A stretch of 64,000 bases of DNA. It comes from a virus (Duplodnaviria > Heunggongvirae > Uroviricota > Caudoviricetes). The DNA lies in IMG/VR virus record IMGVR_UViG_3300034283_001314, one strand, 5' to 3'. Within the stretch, counting starts at the first letter, position 1; every line of letters starts with the position of its first letter. The notes beneath the pieces were generated by a model. It saw only the letters and a list, made by a program, of their open reading frames with translations. It did not search any database and was not told the origin of the DNA. Of this stretch, positions 29,001 to 38,058 are shown in pieces. The translations under genes and the position numbers were made by a program.

Positions 29001-29236
29001 GAGTAGCACTTATTAATGTATGTAACTTACCTCGTCCAAACTTCTTAGTAATTGATGAAGGATTTGGTACATTAGATAGTGATAACTTACAATCTATCTT
29101 TATGATGTTTGATTATTTGAAAACACAATTTGATTTCATTAATATTATTTCTCACTTGGATGCAATGAGAGATGTGGTAGATACATTAGTTGAAATTAAA
29201 AAGGTTGATGGCTTCTCACAAATACAATATAAATAA
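26090..29236 (+). CDS. Fused Mre11/SbcD nuclease - Rad50/SbcC ATPase (T4 gp47-gp46-like)
   Basis: HIADIH, AGD, GNHD, FHG, LGDIHK phosphoesterase motifs; Walker A APNASGKSS; CKFC hook; CSGMEK signature; Walker B VIDEGFGTLD; IISH. Confidence 0.93.
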   Translation: MNKLKRIYHIADIHIRNLKRHTEYREVFNRLFNDIKVRGTEDSLIYLAGDLAHAKLEMSPELLNEINYFLKKCCELCPTILIAGNHDCNLNNQGRLDVLSPIVEALNLPNLTYLRDTQSYTYGGVRFDLFSIFDDKENWKFEPITSDTKNIALFHGPILDATTDVGFHISSRHFTTEMFDGYDLALLGDIHKRQEMISPKGCRVVYPGSLIQQNHGEALVKHGYAIWDMDNLSVEYVDVPNDYGYYTLHVENGEVPDVTDMPLKPRLRVLVSKTDASDMKRVTTEIKKKYKVDEFTITRTDTLSRLRTGNRDGKLNVGNVNDAQYQAGLIKDYLGRNYMLDDETLGKIEDLNNKLNKRLNDDDLVKNIAWKPIKFEFDNMFSYGENNIVNFENMKGLMGVFAPNASGKSSLFDALSFCIFDKSSRAFKAANILNNRKTSFSCKLEFDINDERFFIERTAKTTKKGDAVKCDVNFWKIEGGDIVNLNGDERRGTDKVIESYLGKYEDFVLTALSLQGNNSLFIDKSQSERKDLLAQFMGINVFDKLYDLASEDIKEVQVLLRNFKRTDFTSELATAENKLETLKDEYEEFEIEKEGYEDRQDDLNEEITNLSAQLVPIDGNLDITQLESKQSTLQSQITGSDATIQTKSVSIGKIVDVMAELTIAIDSKKQFNGLDIEVVYSNYQQQQKDLIDATKVYDIAKLHLSSAEETIQHLDNHEYDPNCKFCCDNTFVKDAMRVKELLPQLKEALKQATINATGIQQTLDSWEGIEEQYSQFEDYKAKLEKGKALHKTTYLELSGLITQKELYEAQLTAVELDIEKYHANETTIQNNDSLEEQIDIKKLELVGVNKDLREIAAKLLDMNGQIVQTQSYITSVTDKMREAKDLEEKFQIYEYYLDAVKRDGVSYELIAKALPVIEGEVNNILQQIVEFGIVFDMSGKNVNARIVYEDQSWPLEMCSGMEKFVSGLAIRVALINVCNLPRPNFLVIDEGFGTLDSDNLQSIFMMFDYLKTQFDFINIISHLDAMRDVVDTLVEIKKVDGFSQIQYK

Positions 29237-29247
29237 TATTTATTAGT

Positions 29248-29889
29248 ATGAATGCAGAAATAAATAATCAATTATTAACTGATGGATATTATACAACTAA
29301 ATTAAATACTGAAGTAGCTGAAAAAGTAAAAGAAATTTTTAGCAAAATAAAAGATATAGAATTTAGAGATGCTATCCATACTAATTGTGGTGAATTAGGA
29401 TATACAAATAATACCGATTTTGAAAAATTAGAAGAACTTAAAAAAGAATACGCACCATTAAAAAAATGGCAATTTTGGTATGTAGAAAATAATTTAAATA
29501 AATACCTTTCAACATATGAAATTGAATATATTAAAGAAAATGTTTTTAGGGATTTGATTAAACAATGTTATGATGATAGTTTATACAACTCAGAAATGTT
29601 CAATTTATCATACACAATGTATAATAAAGAATGCTATATTAATCCACATAGTGATGGATTAAGTACTTACAAAGTATGTAATATATTACTATATTTAAAT
29701 GAAGATTATGAGGATGGATTTGGTGGAGAATTAATTGTAAATGATAATGTGATAATAAAGCCAGAATTTGGTACAATTGCAGTATTGGATTTTACAAAAG
29801 TAAATCCTAAACATGAAGTAACCGAAGTAGTTCATGATACATTTAAGAGATTTGCAATATTAGCCTCATTTATTTTTAATAATAAATAA
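29248..29889 (+). CDS. 2OG-Fe(II) oxygenase, prolyl-4-hydroxylase-like
   Basis: INPHSDG (HxD), ILLYLNEDY..GFGGEL, KHEVTEV, KRFAI. Variant ATATTTATT at 29236-29244 upstream. Confidence 0.85.
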   Translation: MNAEINNQLLTDGYYTTKLNTEVAEKVKEIFSKIKDIEFRDAIHTNCGELGYTNNTDFEKLEELKKEYAPLKKWQFWYVENNLNKYLSTYEIEYIKENVFRDLIKQCYDDSLYNSEMFNLSYTMYNKECYINPHSDGLSTYKVCNILLYLNEDYEDGFGGELIVNDNVIIKPEFGTIAVLDFTKVNPKHEVTEVVHDTFKRFAILASFIFNNK

Positions 29890-29894
29890 AAAGA

Positions 29895-29903
29895 ATATTT
29901 ATA
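29895..29903 (+). promoter_or_regulatory. Putative late promoter ATATTTATA
   Basis: Intergenic, 16 nt before ATG 29920. Confidence 0.6.
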
Positions 29904-29919
29904 AAAAACAATATTCTAA

Positions 29920-32900
29920 ATGTCAGTTGATATAAAAGTTGCACAGGATGATAAATTACAATTAGTACAAACATACTTTACAGATAATTCACCATCATCC
30001 GATTTTTTTAACATTACAGAATTACCAGATACCTTATCAGGTGGTAAAAACGCATTCCTAATAGCAGGAAGTGACAAACTATTTCCTCAATCTGAAGTTA
30101 AAGTACAAGTAAGAGATGCAGCAGGAAATGTTTGTTATGTAGAATATGCGGATGGTAAACCTGAATATTATGAAGGTATTTCAAAAGTAGTAGCGGTTTA
30201 TGTATATCCAAATGAAACCGCATTTGGACCTGCAACTATTACAATTTTAGGACAAGCAATTGATGTACCTGATGAATGGAAATTTAGGTTTAATGTTAAA
30301 TGGCAAACAACAATTAATATTAATCCATCCTTACCAAATACAACAAGAGTAAGATTTTATAAAAGACCAAAAGTAGATATTGTAGAAACATTACAACCTA
30401 TTTATAGAATAGAGAATGGTTCAAAGGTAGCATCTAGTATTACCGCTTCATTTGCAAATATTAAAATATCACAATTAGAAACATTTGCGGGTGATGTAAA
30501 AAGAGTAAAAGTATTTCGAACATCAGAAGGTGATATATCCGATTTTGATTTAATACAAGATATATTAATTGAATCAAAAGAATTATTAACTACATTTGAT
30601 ATTAGTAGTAGTGTAAAAGGAAACGCGGGTATTTTTACAAATGAAACCATAAAACTTTGGAATACAGGTTCACTAACAGCATCACTTACAAATGATAGAT
30701 TAGATAATGGTTTAAGATTAAAAGGTAGTGGTATTTTCAGATATAATTCACCACTAAACTTTGTAACTAAGAGTACATATGAATTTAATTTAGATGCATT
30801 TTATTCATCATCTACTAATAGTAATTTGGGTGTGTATATTAGTGGTTCAAATAATGGTATTCAATTGGTAGGAACATTAGAAGGAACAATACCTGTTAAA
30901 AATTTAGAAGATAGTTATTTTACATTTGATGTAGATAAGAATGAACCAACGGCAAGTTTATACCTATCACAATCTCAAAATGAATGGCACATTGCAAATG
31001 TAAGTTTAAAATTATCTGAAGATAGTGCATTTTCACCAAACCAAATAAATTTTATAAGTACAATGCCAACGGTGATTGGTAATGAAACTTATAATTTTAA
31101 ATTTGAGTTTTATGATGTAAATAATAATTTCGTTCCCGTAGCAGTAACTCAAAGTGCATTATTTACGGGTGGTAATAATAATGTAGGAGGAACATTAATT
31201 TTAATTAGTGGTTCTATTTCAGCATCTGAAGCAGGATTATTAGCATTATCACAAAGTGTTAGTGGAACAATTGGTGTAGTAACTGGGAGTGTTAATACGG
31301 TTAGTGCTAGCGTATCATCTGTAAGTGCTTCTTTAAGTTCATCTATTAGTTCAAGTAAAGGAGCAGCAATATCATCATCGTTTGGTAATATACAAACATT
31401 AGCAAACGGTAATTTTAGTGGTTCATTTATAAGTGATACTACTATATTTGCACCGGTAATTGGTGGTAATAATGGTTATATCAGTTCGTTATTTAAAGTA
31501 GGTACAGCACCTTCAATTTATTTAGATGCAAGACAAAATCCAAGAAAAATATTCATAGGTGGTGTAACTGATTCTGGTTCATATAATAATTCCAATACAT
31601 CAGTTTATATGGATAGTAGTGGTAAATTTTCATTAAAAGATAAATTATTATGGGACGGTGATAATTTAACTATAAACGGAACTATTAATGTATTAGGTGG
31701 TTCGGCCGCAACTGATGCAAATGCTTTATTATATGCAAGTAGAGCAGTAACGTCGGGTTCAGTTTCAGCAGCCGCAGCACAAACTGCCGCAGAACTATTT
31801 GCAACAAGTGCAGCTGGACGAGCCGTTACATCTGGTTCAGCTGCAGCATCAGCTGCACAAACGGCTGCTATTGCACAGGCCAAATCAGATGCAAGTGCTT
31901 CTATAAATTTATTAGCAAATGGTGACTGGACTGCAGGAAATGGTACATTTATTACATCACGTTCGATTTCGTCTCCTGTTTTAGCTGGTAATGCGGGGTA
32001 TATAAGTGAAATTCTTAAAGTAGGACAAAATGGAATCACTTTGGATGGTGGTAGCAAAAAAATATTTGTTGGAACGGGTACATATAATAATGCAAACACA
32101 CCATTCTATTTTGCATCAGGTTCTTCAAATGTATTTTCATTAGGAGACAAACTAAGATTTGATGGAGCAAATCTAACTATTTCAGGTACTGTTAACGCAT
32201 CTGCCGGCTCGTTTACCGGTACGATAAGTGGTGCAACAATAACCGGTGGTACTATTAATATTGGGCCAAATAAATTTCAAGTAGATAGTAGTGGTAATGT
32301 TAGTATATCCGGTAATACTACCATAGGTGGAACTTTAAATTACTCTGGTCAAAATAATATCATAGGATATCACTATATAAATGGTGGTACATGTACATCA
32401 CCATCATTTTTTTTAGAACCTGGTGCGGATTTTAGATTTATTGACCAAAAAAATAGTAGTTTACTTGGTGCTATAAGAGGATATACTATTGTAACAAATT
32501 GTGGAGTACCTGGATTAGAAACAACAAGTAGGACAATCGTAAGTATAGCAGAAAATGGGTTTTCGTGGGGTAAAATAAATGGAGATACATGGGCAACATT
32601 AGATGGAACGGAATTGCGTGTTCTTGGTGATGTAGTTGCAAATACGTCCGATAAAAGATTAAAAACAAACATAATTAACATAGATTCACCTTTGGAAAAA
32701 TTATCTAAAATAAATGGTGTATACTTTAATTGGAACGAAACAGCTAAAGAACTAAATCAAAAAAATACAAATAAAAGAGAAGTTGGATTTATTGCACAAG
32801 AAGTTCAAGAGGTTATGCCTGAAATCGTTTCACTTGCACCATTTGATACAATAAATCATACCAACCAAAGTAAATCGGGTGAAAATTATCTAACAATTCA

Positions 32901-32982
32901 ATATGAAAAAATAGTTCCATTATTAGTGGAATCTATTAAAGAATTAAAAAAAGAAATCGAAGAATTAAAAAAGAATAAATAA
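29920..32982 (+). CDS. Tail fibre with C-terminal intramolecular chaperone (Peptidase_S74)
   Basis: TSDKRLKTNI...LSKINGVYFNW...VGFIAQEVQEVMPEIV...IQYEKIVPLLVESIKEL. Confidence 0.88.
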   Translation: MSVDIKVAQDDKLQLVQTYFTDNSPSSDFFNITELPDTLSGGKNAFLIAGSDKLFPQSEVKVQVRDAAGNVCYVEYADGKPEYYEGISKVVAVYVYPNETAFGPATITILGQAIDVPDEWKFRFNVKWQTTININPSLPNTTRVRFYKRPKVDIVETLQPIYRIENGSKVASSITASFANIKISQLETFAGDVKRVKVFRTSEGDISDFDLIQDILIESKELLTTFDISSSVKGNAGIFTNETIKLWNTGSLTASLTNDRLDNGLRLKGSGIFRYNSPLNFVTKSTYEFNLDAFYSSSTNSNLGVYISGSNNGIQLVGTLEGTIPVKNLEDSYFTFDVDKNEPTASLYLSQSQNEWHIANVSLKLSEDSAFSPNQINFISTMPTVIGNETYNFKFEFYDVNNNFVPVAVTQSALFTGGNNNVGGTLILISGSISASEAGLLALSQSVSGTIGVVTGSVNTVSASVSSVSASLSSSISSSKGAAISSSFGNIQTLANGNFSGSFISDTTIFAPVIGGNNGYISSLFKVGTAPSIYLDARQNPRKIFIGGVTDSGSYNNSNTSVYMDSSGKFSLKDKLLWDGDNLTINGTINVLGGSAATDANALLYASRAVTSGSVSAAAAQTAAELFATSAAGRAVTSGSAAASAAQTAAIAQAKSDASASINLLANGDWTAGNGTFITSRSISSPVLAGNAGYISEILKVGQNGITLDGGSKKIFVGTGTYNNANTPFYFASGSSNVFSLGDKLRFDGANLTISGTVNASAGSFTGTISGATITGGTINIGPNKFQVDSSGNVSISGNTTIGGTLNYSGQNNIIGYHYINGGTCTSPSFFLEPGADFRFIDQKNSSLLGAIRGYTIVTNCGVPGLETTSRTIVSIAENGFSWGKINGDTWATLDGTELRVLGDVVANTSDKRLKTNIINIDSPLEKLSKINGVYFNWNETAKELNQKNTNKREVGFIAQEVQEVMPEIVSLAPFDTINHTNQSKSGENYLTIQYEKIVPLLVESIKELKKEIEELKKNK
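31399..32200 (+). repeat. Internal duplications in the tail fibre (two modules of about 95 aa and a 26-aa tandem repeat)
   Basis: Modules LANG...GYIS..KVG...YNN.NT...FSL.DKL..DG.NLTI.GT start at 31399 and 31912; RAVTSGS...AAQTAA at 31741 and 31819. Confidence 0.8.
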
Positions 32983-32983
32983 T

Positions 32984-33466
32984 ATGTATACAAATTTAAT
33001 AGAAAACTTTCTAACAATAGAGGAGTGTAATTTTATAATAAATCAATATAAATTTAATTCACAACCAGTATTTAACTCAATAAATGTTATAGAAAGAAGG
33101 TGTACGTTTGTAGAATCAATACAATTTGATATTGAAAATAAAATAATTAATAAATTAAATGAATTAGATATATTTGATAAACAATATACTAATATACAAT
33201 ATTTTGTATTTAATTCTTATGATATTGACAATGAATTAGAATTACATCCAGATAGTAGTGAAGTTGCAAGAGGTGGAACTATTACTATTATTATTCAATT
33301 AAATGAAGAGTATGATGGTGGTGATTTTTACTATTTACTAAATGATGTAGAAATTATGTTACCCAAAAAACAGGGAAGTATATTTATTTTTGATTCAAAT
33401 ATTTTACATGGAGTTAAAAAATTAACCGATGGAAAAAGATATTCATTAAATTGTTGGCCTAAATAA
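32984..33466 (+). CDS. 2OG-Fe(II) oxygenase, prolyl-4-hydroxylase-like
   Basis: ELHPD, IIQLNEEYDGGDF, LHGVKKLTDGKRYSL. Confidence 0.88.
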   Translation: MYTNLIENFLTIEECNFIINQYKFNSQPVFNSINVIERRCTFVESIQFDIENKIINKLNELDIFDKQYTNIQYFVFNSYDIDNELELHPDSSEVARGGTITIIIQLNEEYDGGDFYYLLNDVEIMLPKKQGSIFIFDSNILHGVKKLTDGKRYSLNCWPK

Positions 33467-33474
33467 AATAATAT

Positions 33475-34167
33475 ATGGCGTTACAAAGTACCGGACCTAT
33501 ATCGATGTCACAAATTAAAGCTGAATTGGGTTCTACATCTAATATATTAAGAGTATATTCCGAAGCTGCTGGAAAAACTGCACCACATGGTATGAAAGAA
33601 TTTTTAGGATATAGTAAACCCGGCCCTCCTCCTCCTCCACCACCACCTCCACCACCACCACCTCCACCGGCTCCGACATATTATTCATTTGCATCCATTC
33701 GTAGTACGGTAAGTGCACAGGATGCATGTGATTCATTAGGCCCTATTACCTTTGTTTATAGTACCTGTCAAACTTTGTCCACAAATTGTGTATTATATAC
33801 ATATTTTGATGCCGAGCCTGAAAGATTAAGAACCGTTCTAACTGGTTGGTATGCAATAGGGGACAATTGGTATTATGTATCAGGAAATGCCGGAATTATT
33901 AGTAGTACAGGAACATGTGATGGTGGTACAGCTGGATGTGAATGTTATACGGTTTATAATGAGGGTGGACGAGACGATGGTACCATAACATTCACATATA
34001 ATAGATGTTCGGATGGTAATTTGTCCTCATTGAATGTTGGACCAGGGTCTTCTAGAACAGTATGTGTGCAAAATGGTACAGATATAGACTCTGACTCTGG
34101 ATTAATGACAGTAGTACCTTGTCCAGGCCCATGTACTACAAATGGTGATTGTACGGAGTGTGCATAA
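33475..34167 (+). CDS. Putative fibre-tip adhesin: attachment domain + 15-Pro linker + Cys-rich domain
   Basis: MALQSTGPISMSQIKAELG N-terminus typical of fibre-tip adhesin attachment domains; P15; 12 Cys in the C-terminal part. Confidence 0.6.
   Translation: MALQSTGPISMSQIKAELGSTSNILRVYSEAAGKTAPHGMKEFLGYSKPGPPPPPPPPPPPPPPPAPTYYSFASIRSTVSAQDACDSLGPITFVYSTCQTLSTNCVLYTYFDAEPERLRTVLTGWYAIGDNWYYVSGNAGIISSTGTCDGGTAGCECYTVYNEGGRDDGTITFTYNRCSDGNLSSLNVGPGSSRTVCVQNGTDIDSDSGLMTVVPCPGPCTTNGDCTECA
33625..33669 (+). repeat. Polyproline tract, 15 CCN codons
   Basis: cct cct cct cct cca cca cca cct cca cca cca cca cct cca ccg; synonymous variation implies protein-level selection. Confidence 0.95.
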
Positions 34168-34177
34168 TAAATAAATT

Positions 34178-34753
34178 ATGATTATAAAAGAAAATTTAAT
34201 TTTTAAGTACGATAATATTATATCAAGTTTAGAGTGTGATACTATTTTTAATTACTATAAAAATAATCATAGTAATGGTATAAATGATATTCATATTTTA
34301 CCTTGGTTTGAAGAAAACACTTTGTATTGGAATCTTTTAAAAAATACCGAAATTAAAAATGAAATAGGTAAATGTAGAGAAATTATAACAAATTTAATAA
34401 AAAAATCGTATGGTGTAAATGTATTCCCAAATGTTACCACATTAGTAATGTGGAAGGAAGGTAAATCAATGGCAATTCATAAAGATAATGGATATGACAA
34501 TGACAAACATATTTTACATATGAGAACCTTCACTGCAGTGATGTATATTAATGATGATTTTGAAGGAGGTGAAACTATAATAATGAAAGAAAACTCAAAT
34601 GAAATAGAATATGAATGTACACCACAAAAAGGTTCAGTTTTAATATTTAAAAGTGATGAGAGTTGTTTACATGGGGTAAAAATGATTGAAAAAGGTGAAA
34701 GATTAACATTATCAATGTGGTTTACAATGGATAAACAATATTTAGAAAATTAA
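34178..34753 (+). CDS. 2OG-Fe(II) oxygenase, prolyl-4-hydroxylase-like
   Basis: AIHKDNG, AVMYINDDFEGGE, LHGVKMIEKGERLTLSMW. Confidence 0.88.
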   Translation: MIIKENLIFKYDNIISSLECDTIFNYYKNNHSNGINDIHILPWFEENTLYWNLLKNTEIKNEIGKCREIITNLIKKSYGVNVFPNVTTLVMWKEGKSMAIHKDNGYDNDKHILHMRTFTAVMYINDDFEGGETIIMKENSNEIEYECTPQKGSVLIFKSDESCLHGVKMIEKGERLTLSMWFTMDKQYLEN

Positions 34754-34760
34754 ATGAGTT

Positions 34761-35774
34761 ATGTTTGATGTATTAGTTACAACGGGAGCAGGTAATGTAC
34801 CTATGGGTGGTAGTGATATTTGGGTAAACAATTTTTTAGAAAATGTATATCTTCATTTAGATTATCCAATCGTATTATTAATTGATGGTAGAAAACCAAT
34901 AGGATTTAATCCTGATTCTATCCCTTGTCAATTTGCATTTTCAAAAGAACATCCATTATTAGTAGAACCTCTTTTACGAAACGCAAGAAAGATACATTTT
35001 TTACACAATAATTATTTTCGTAGAGATGAATTATGGGAATACAAGGAAAAATTTCATACAATATTTTGCCACGCTTACATTAAAGAAATTATAAACACAA
35101 ATATAGATTTAGGTTTAGATAGAGTTTGGTTACCTACTACAATGGATTTACAATGGGAACAGGATGTATTAACTCAATGTAAAAAAATTGTATGGATAGG
35201 ATGTAATGATGGAATGGTACAAAAAGATTTCGGAGATAAAGTAATTCAGATACCAAATTATTACGAATGGAGTGAAGGTAGAAAATACCAATGGAATACA
35301 GATAAAATAGGATTTGCAGCACGTAGTGAAACAAGAAAGTGTTTTCATTTTTTAGATTCAAAGAAAGGATATGCTTGCACGGATAAAATAGGATTTGAAA
35401 ATTTAAAAGAAGGATTAAATTTAGATTTAAAAAAAATAAGATTTTACCCATATTCTTTGGAAAACCACAGAAATTTCTTTAACTTAGACTTTACACCTTT
35501 TCATGGATGTTATGTAAATGAACCATTTGGGTATTCTATATTTAACGCAATTGATTATGGAAAACTACCAATAATACACAAATATTGGATGCCAAGAATA
35601 AAATACAAATATAGAGCATCAACAAAAGAAGAATTTAATAAAATGTATGAAACAATGTGTAATGACTTTGAAAGTGAAAGAGAATATTGGTTTTATGAAT
35701 TAAAAAAAGGATTAGAACCATATACTAATAAAGCAAGTTGGATTCATAGAGTTGTTCAATTATTAAATAAATGA
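34761..35774 (+). CDS. Glycosyltransferase, GT-B fold (GT4-like)
   Basis: VPMGGSDIWV, IGFAAR..TRKC, VNEPFGYSIFNAIDYGKLPII. Confidence 0.7.
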   Translation: MFDVLVTTGAGNVPMGGSDIWVNNFLENVYLHLDYPIVLLIDGRKPIGFNPDSIPCQFAFSKEHPLLVEPLLRNARKIHFLHNNYFRRDELWEYKEKFHTIFCHAYIKEIINTNIDLGLDRVWLPTTMDLQWEQDVLTQCKKIVWIGCNDGMVQKDFGDKVIQIPNYYEWSEGRKYQWNTDKIGFAARSETRKCFHFLDSKKGYACTDKIGFENLKEGLNLDLKKIRFYPYSLENHRNFFNLDFTPFHGCYVNEPFGYSIFNAIDYGKLPIIHKYWMPRIKYKYRASTKEEFNKMYETMCNDFESEREYWFYELKKGLEPYTNKASWIHRVVQLLNK

Positions 35775-36514
35775 AACAAAAAATATTAATAGCAGGTTGT
35801 TCATTTTCTACCGATAAACCGGGTGTAAAATCTTGGAGTAGTTATTTTGATGAAACTAAATTTGATATTACTAATATAGCAAAAGATGGTTCTGGTAATT
35901 TAGTTATTAGAAGAAGTGTCGAAGAAATATTAGAAAAAGAAAAATTTGATTATTGTATAATTCAATGGAGTACAATAGATAGGTGGGATTATCCATCTAC
36001 ATTTGGTGGAGAAATGGGTAATTCTATTCGATATTATTATAATGGTTCAAACCCTAAAGATGGTAGAAGACATTTTTACAACAATTATTATTCAAGATAT
36101 GGTGCATTTGTAGATACATTAGAAAACATATTATTTTTACAATATACATTAAAAAGATATAATATACCATATACAATGTGTTCATTGGCAAATTTAGAAG
36201 AATTGGATTTAGATTTAAAAATATTTAATAAAATAGTTAGTAGTAACGGAAATTATAATGATATTAAAATTAATAATGTTTTAGATACATTAGAAAATAC
36301 AGCAGAATATCCTAACAATTTAAATTTTTTATTAAAATCAATAGATTATTCTAAATTTAAGTTTTCAACACCAATTAATAAATACTTTGGCGGTGGTATG
36401 ATAGAATGGATAAATACAAATAATCTTAAACTTAGTAAAGATTATAATTTTCATTTTTCATCTGAACAAAACCAACTATTTTTTAATGATTATATACAAA
36501 CAATATTTAAATGA
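35771..36514 (+). CDS. SGNH/GDSL-like protein
   Basis: ILIAGCSFS, AKDGSGNLVI, IIQWSTIDR, DYNFHFS. Confidence 0.65.
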   Translation: MKQKILIAGCSFSTDKPGVKSWSSYFDETKFDITNIAKDGSGNLVIRRSVEEILEKEKFDYCIIQWSTIDRWDYPSTFGGEMGNSIRYYYNGSNPKDGRRHFYNNYYSRYGAFVDTLENILFLQYTLKRYNIPYTMCSLANLEELDLDLKIFNKIVSSNGNYNDIKINNVLDTLENTAEYPNNLNFLLKSIDYSKFKFSTPINKYFGGGMIEWINTNNLKLSKDYNFHFSSEQNQLFFNDYIQTIFK

Positions 36515-37314
36515 GTAAAGAAATACACATAATAGCAGCCGGAGATTCTTTTTCATATAATACTCAATCTAATATAAAAGATTTTGGAAGATTACAAGAC
36601 CTATTATATAGTAATAATTCTAATTGGTATAATTTTTTAGAATATCATTTATTAAAAAACAGATATAATCCAACATTTTATTATTTAGCTACACCATCAT
36701 TTGGGAATCAATTAATTATAGATTCAGTATTAGAACAATTAAATATTTTATTAGAATCTAATATAGATAAAAATAATATACAAATATTTGTACAATTTAC
36801 ATATTTTGCAAGAAATCTAGCATCATTACCAACTAACTATATAAAAACGGATGAACAAAGGAATGATTATTTCCCTATAATTGAAAACATAGAAAATTAT
36901 GATGAAGTAATAGTTAAAAATTTAAATAAAATATATAACTTAGCAAAACATTTGGAATCATTAGATATTAAATTCAAATTCTTTTTTCAAGAAAACCTAT
37001 TTACAAATGATGAATATGAAGTATTTGAAATTAAAAAATTAATTAATAAACTTAAACCATATTTTTTATATAATAATGAAAATACATTATCAGGAATGGC
37101 AGAAAATTATATAATTAAAAATAGTAAAAATATTCTTTCTGCTTATTTATCAACTTATGATTTTCATTTTACATCAATTGTACATTATCATTGGTATATT
37201 GATAAATTATTACCATTGTTTGAATTTAACAAAATTGAAATAATTGATAAAATGTTTTTAAAAGATTATAGACTTAGATTAGAAAGTAAATTTTTAAATA
37301 ATGATAACAAATAA
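36511..37314 (+). CDS. SGNH/GDSL-like protein
   Basis: IAAGDSFS, PSFGNQLI, FVQFTYFAR, YDFHFT. Confidence 0.6.
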   Translation: MSKEIHIIAAGDSFSYNTQSNIKDFGRLQDLLYSNNSNWYNFLEYHLLKNRYNPTFYYLATPSFGNQLIIDSVLEQLNILLESNIDKNNIQIFVQFTYFARNLASLPTNYIKTDEQRNDYFPIIENIENYDEVIVKNLNKIYNLAKHLESLDIKFKFFFQENLFTNDEYEVFEIKKLINKLKPYFLYNNENTLSGMAENYIIKNSKNILSAYLSTYDFHFTSIVHYHWYIDKLLPLFEFNKIEIIDKMFLKDYRLRLESKFLNNDNK

Positions 37315-38056
37315 AAATTACATAAAAGAATTTATAACTAACAACCAAGAATTTAATGAAGTTGGTGAAGAAGTTTTAAAAAATGTTCCATATCGTTGGT
37401 CACATGGTGCAACGGATGACCACTTAGGTGATGGCCTTATTATATATTCTCTAATTCAATATATGAGAGCAAAAGTATGTGTATGTTTAGGAAGTGGTGG
37501 TGGTTTCATTCCACGTATTATGACACAGGCCAGAATTGATTTACATTCACAAAATATATTTGAAGGTGATGCTAATTATAATTGGGGTGATATAGGAACA
37601 ACGTATATAGTAGATGCAATGAATGGTATTGGGGGTAATGTAAGTTGGTTTAACGAAGAAAGTTTTTATAGGAGATTATTTCAACCTAGAATTATTAGTG
37701 ATACAACATCAAATGCATTTCATAATCATTTTGTATTAAATGATATTAAGATTGATTATTTGCATATCGATGCTGGGCATTCATATGAAAATGTAAAAGA
37801 AGATTTTGAATTATATTCTCAGTTAATGAGTGAGAATGGTATTATATCAATTCATGACACAGATCCTAATTATGCAGATAAATACATAGTGACAAATGAG
37901 GTTAAAGATAGGGGTGATTTTGATGATTGGCAAGGACCTATACAATTAGCAAAAGAAATAGATACGGATAAATGGCAAGTTTTTGATTTATTTAATTTTG
38001 GTATAATTAAGAACAAACCAGCATCAACTGGATTAACATTAGTAAGAAAAAAATAG
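37301..38056 (+). CDS. Class I SAM methyltransferase (Methyltransf_24-like)
   Basis: VCLGSGGGF, IDYLHIDAGHSYE, NGIISIHDT. Confidence 0.8.
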   Translation: MITNKNYIKEFITNNQEFNEVGEEVLKNVPYRWSHGATDDHLGDGLIIYSLIQYMRAKVCVCLGSGGGFIPRIMTQARIDLHSQNIFEGDANYNWGDIGTTYIVDAMNGIGGNVSWFNEESFYRRLFQPRIISDTTSNAFHNHFVLNDIKIDYLHIDAGHSYENVKEDFELYSQLMSENGIISIHDTDPNYADKYIVTNEVKDRGDFDDWQGPIQLAKEIDTDKWQVFDLFNFGIIKNKPASTGLTLVRKK

Positions 38057-38058
38057 TT

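Noticed and set aside
33625-33669. Slippage or phase-variation microsatellite
   Set aside because: The unit is 3 nt with mixed third positions, so it cannot frameshift; it is best explained as selected polyproline.
29248-34753. TET/JBP-type DNA base oxidation by the 2OG oxygenases
   Set aside because: The motifs look P4H-like, the genes flank fibre genes, and no C5-methyltransferase is in the window. Not fully excluded.
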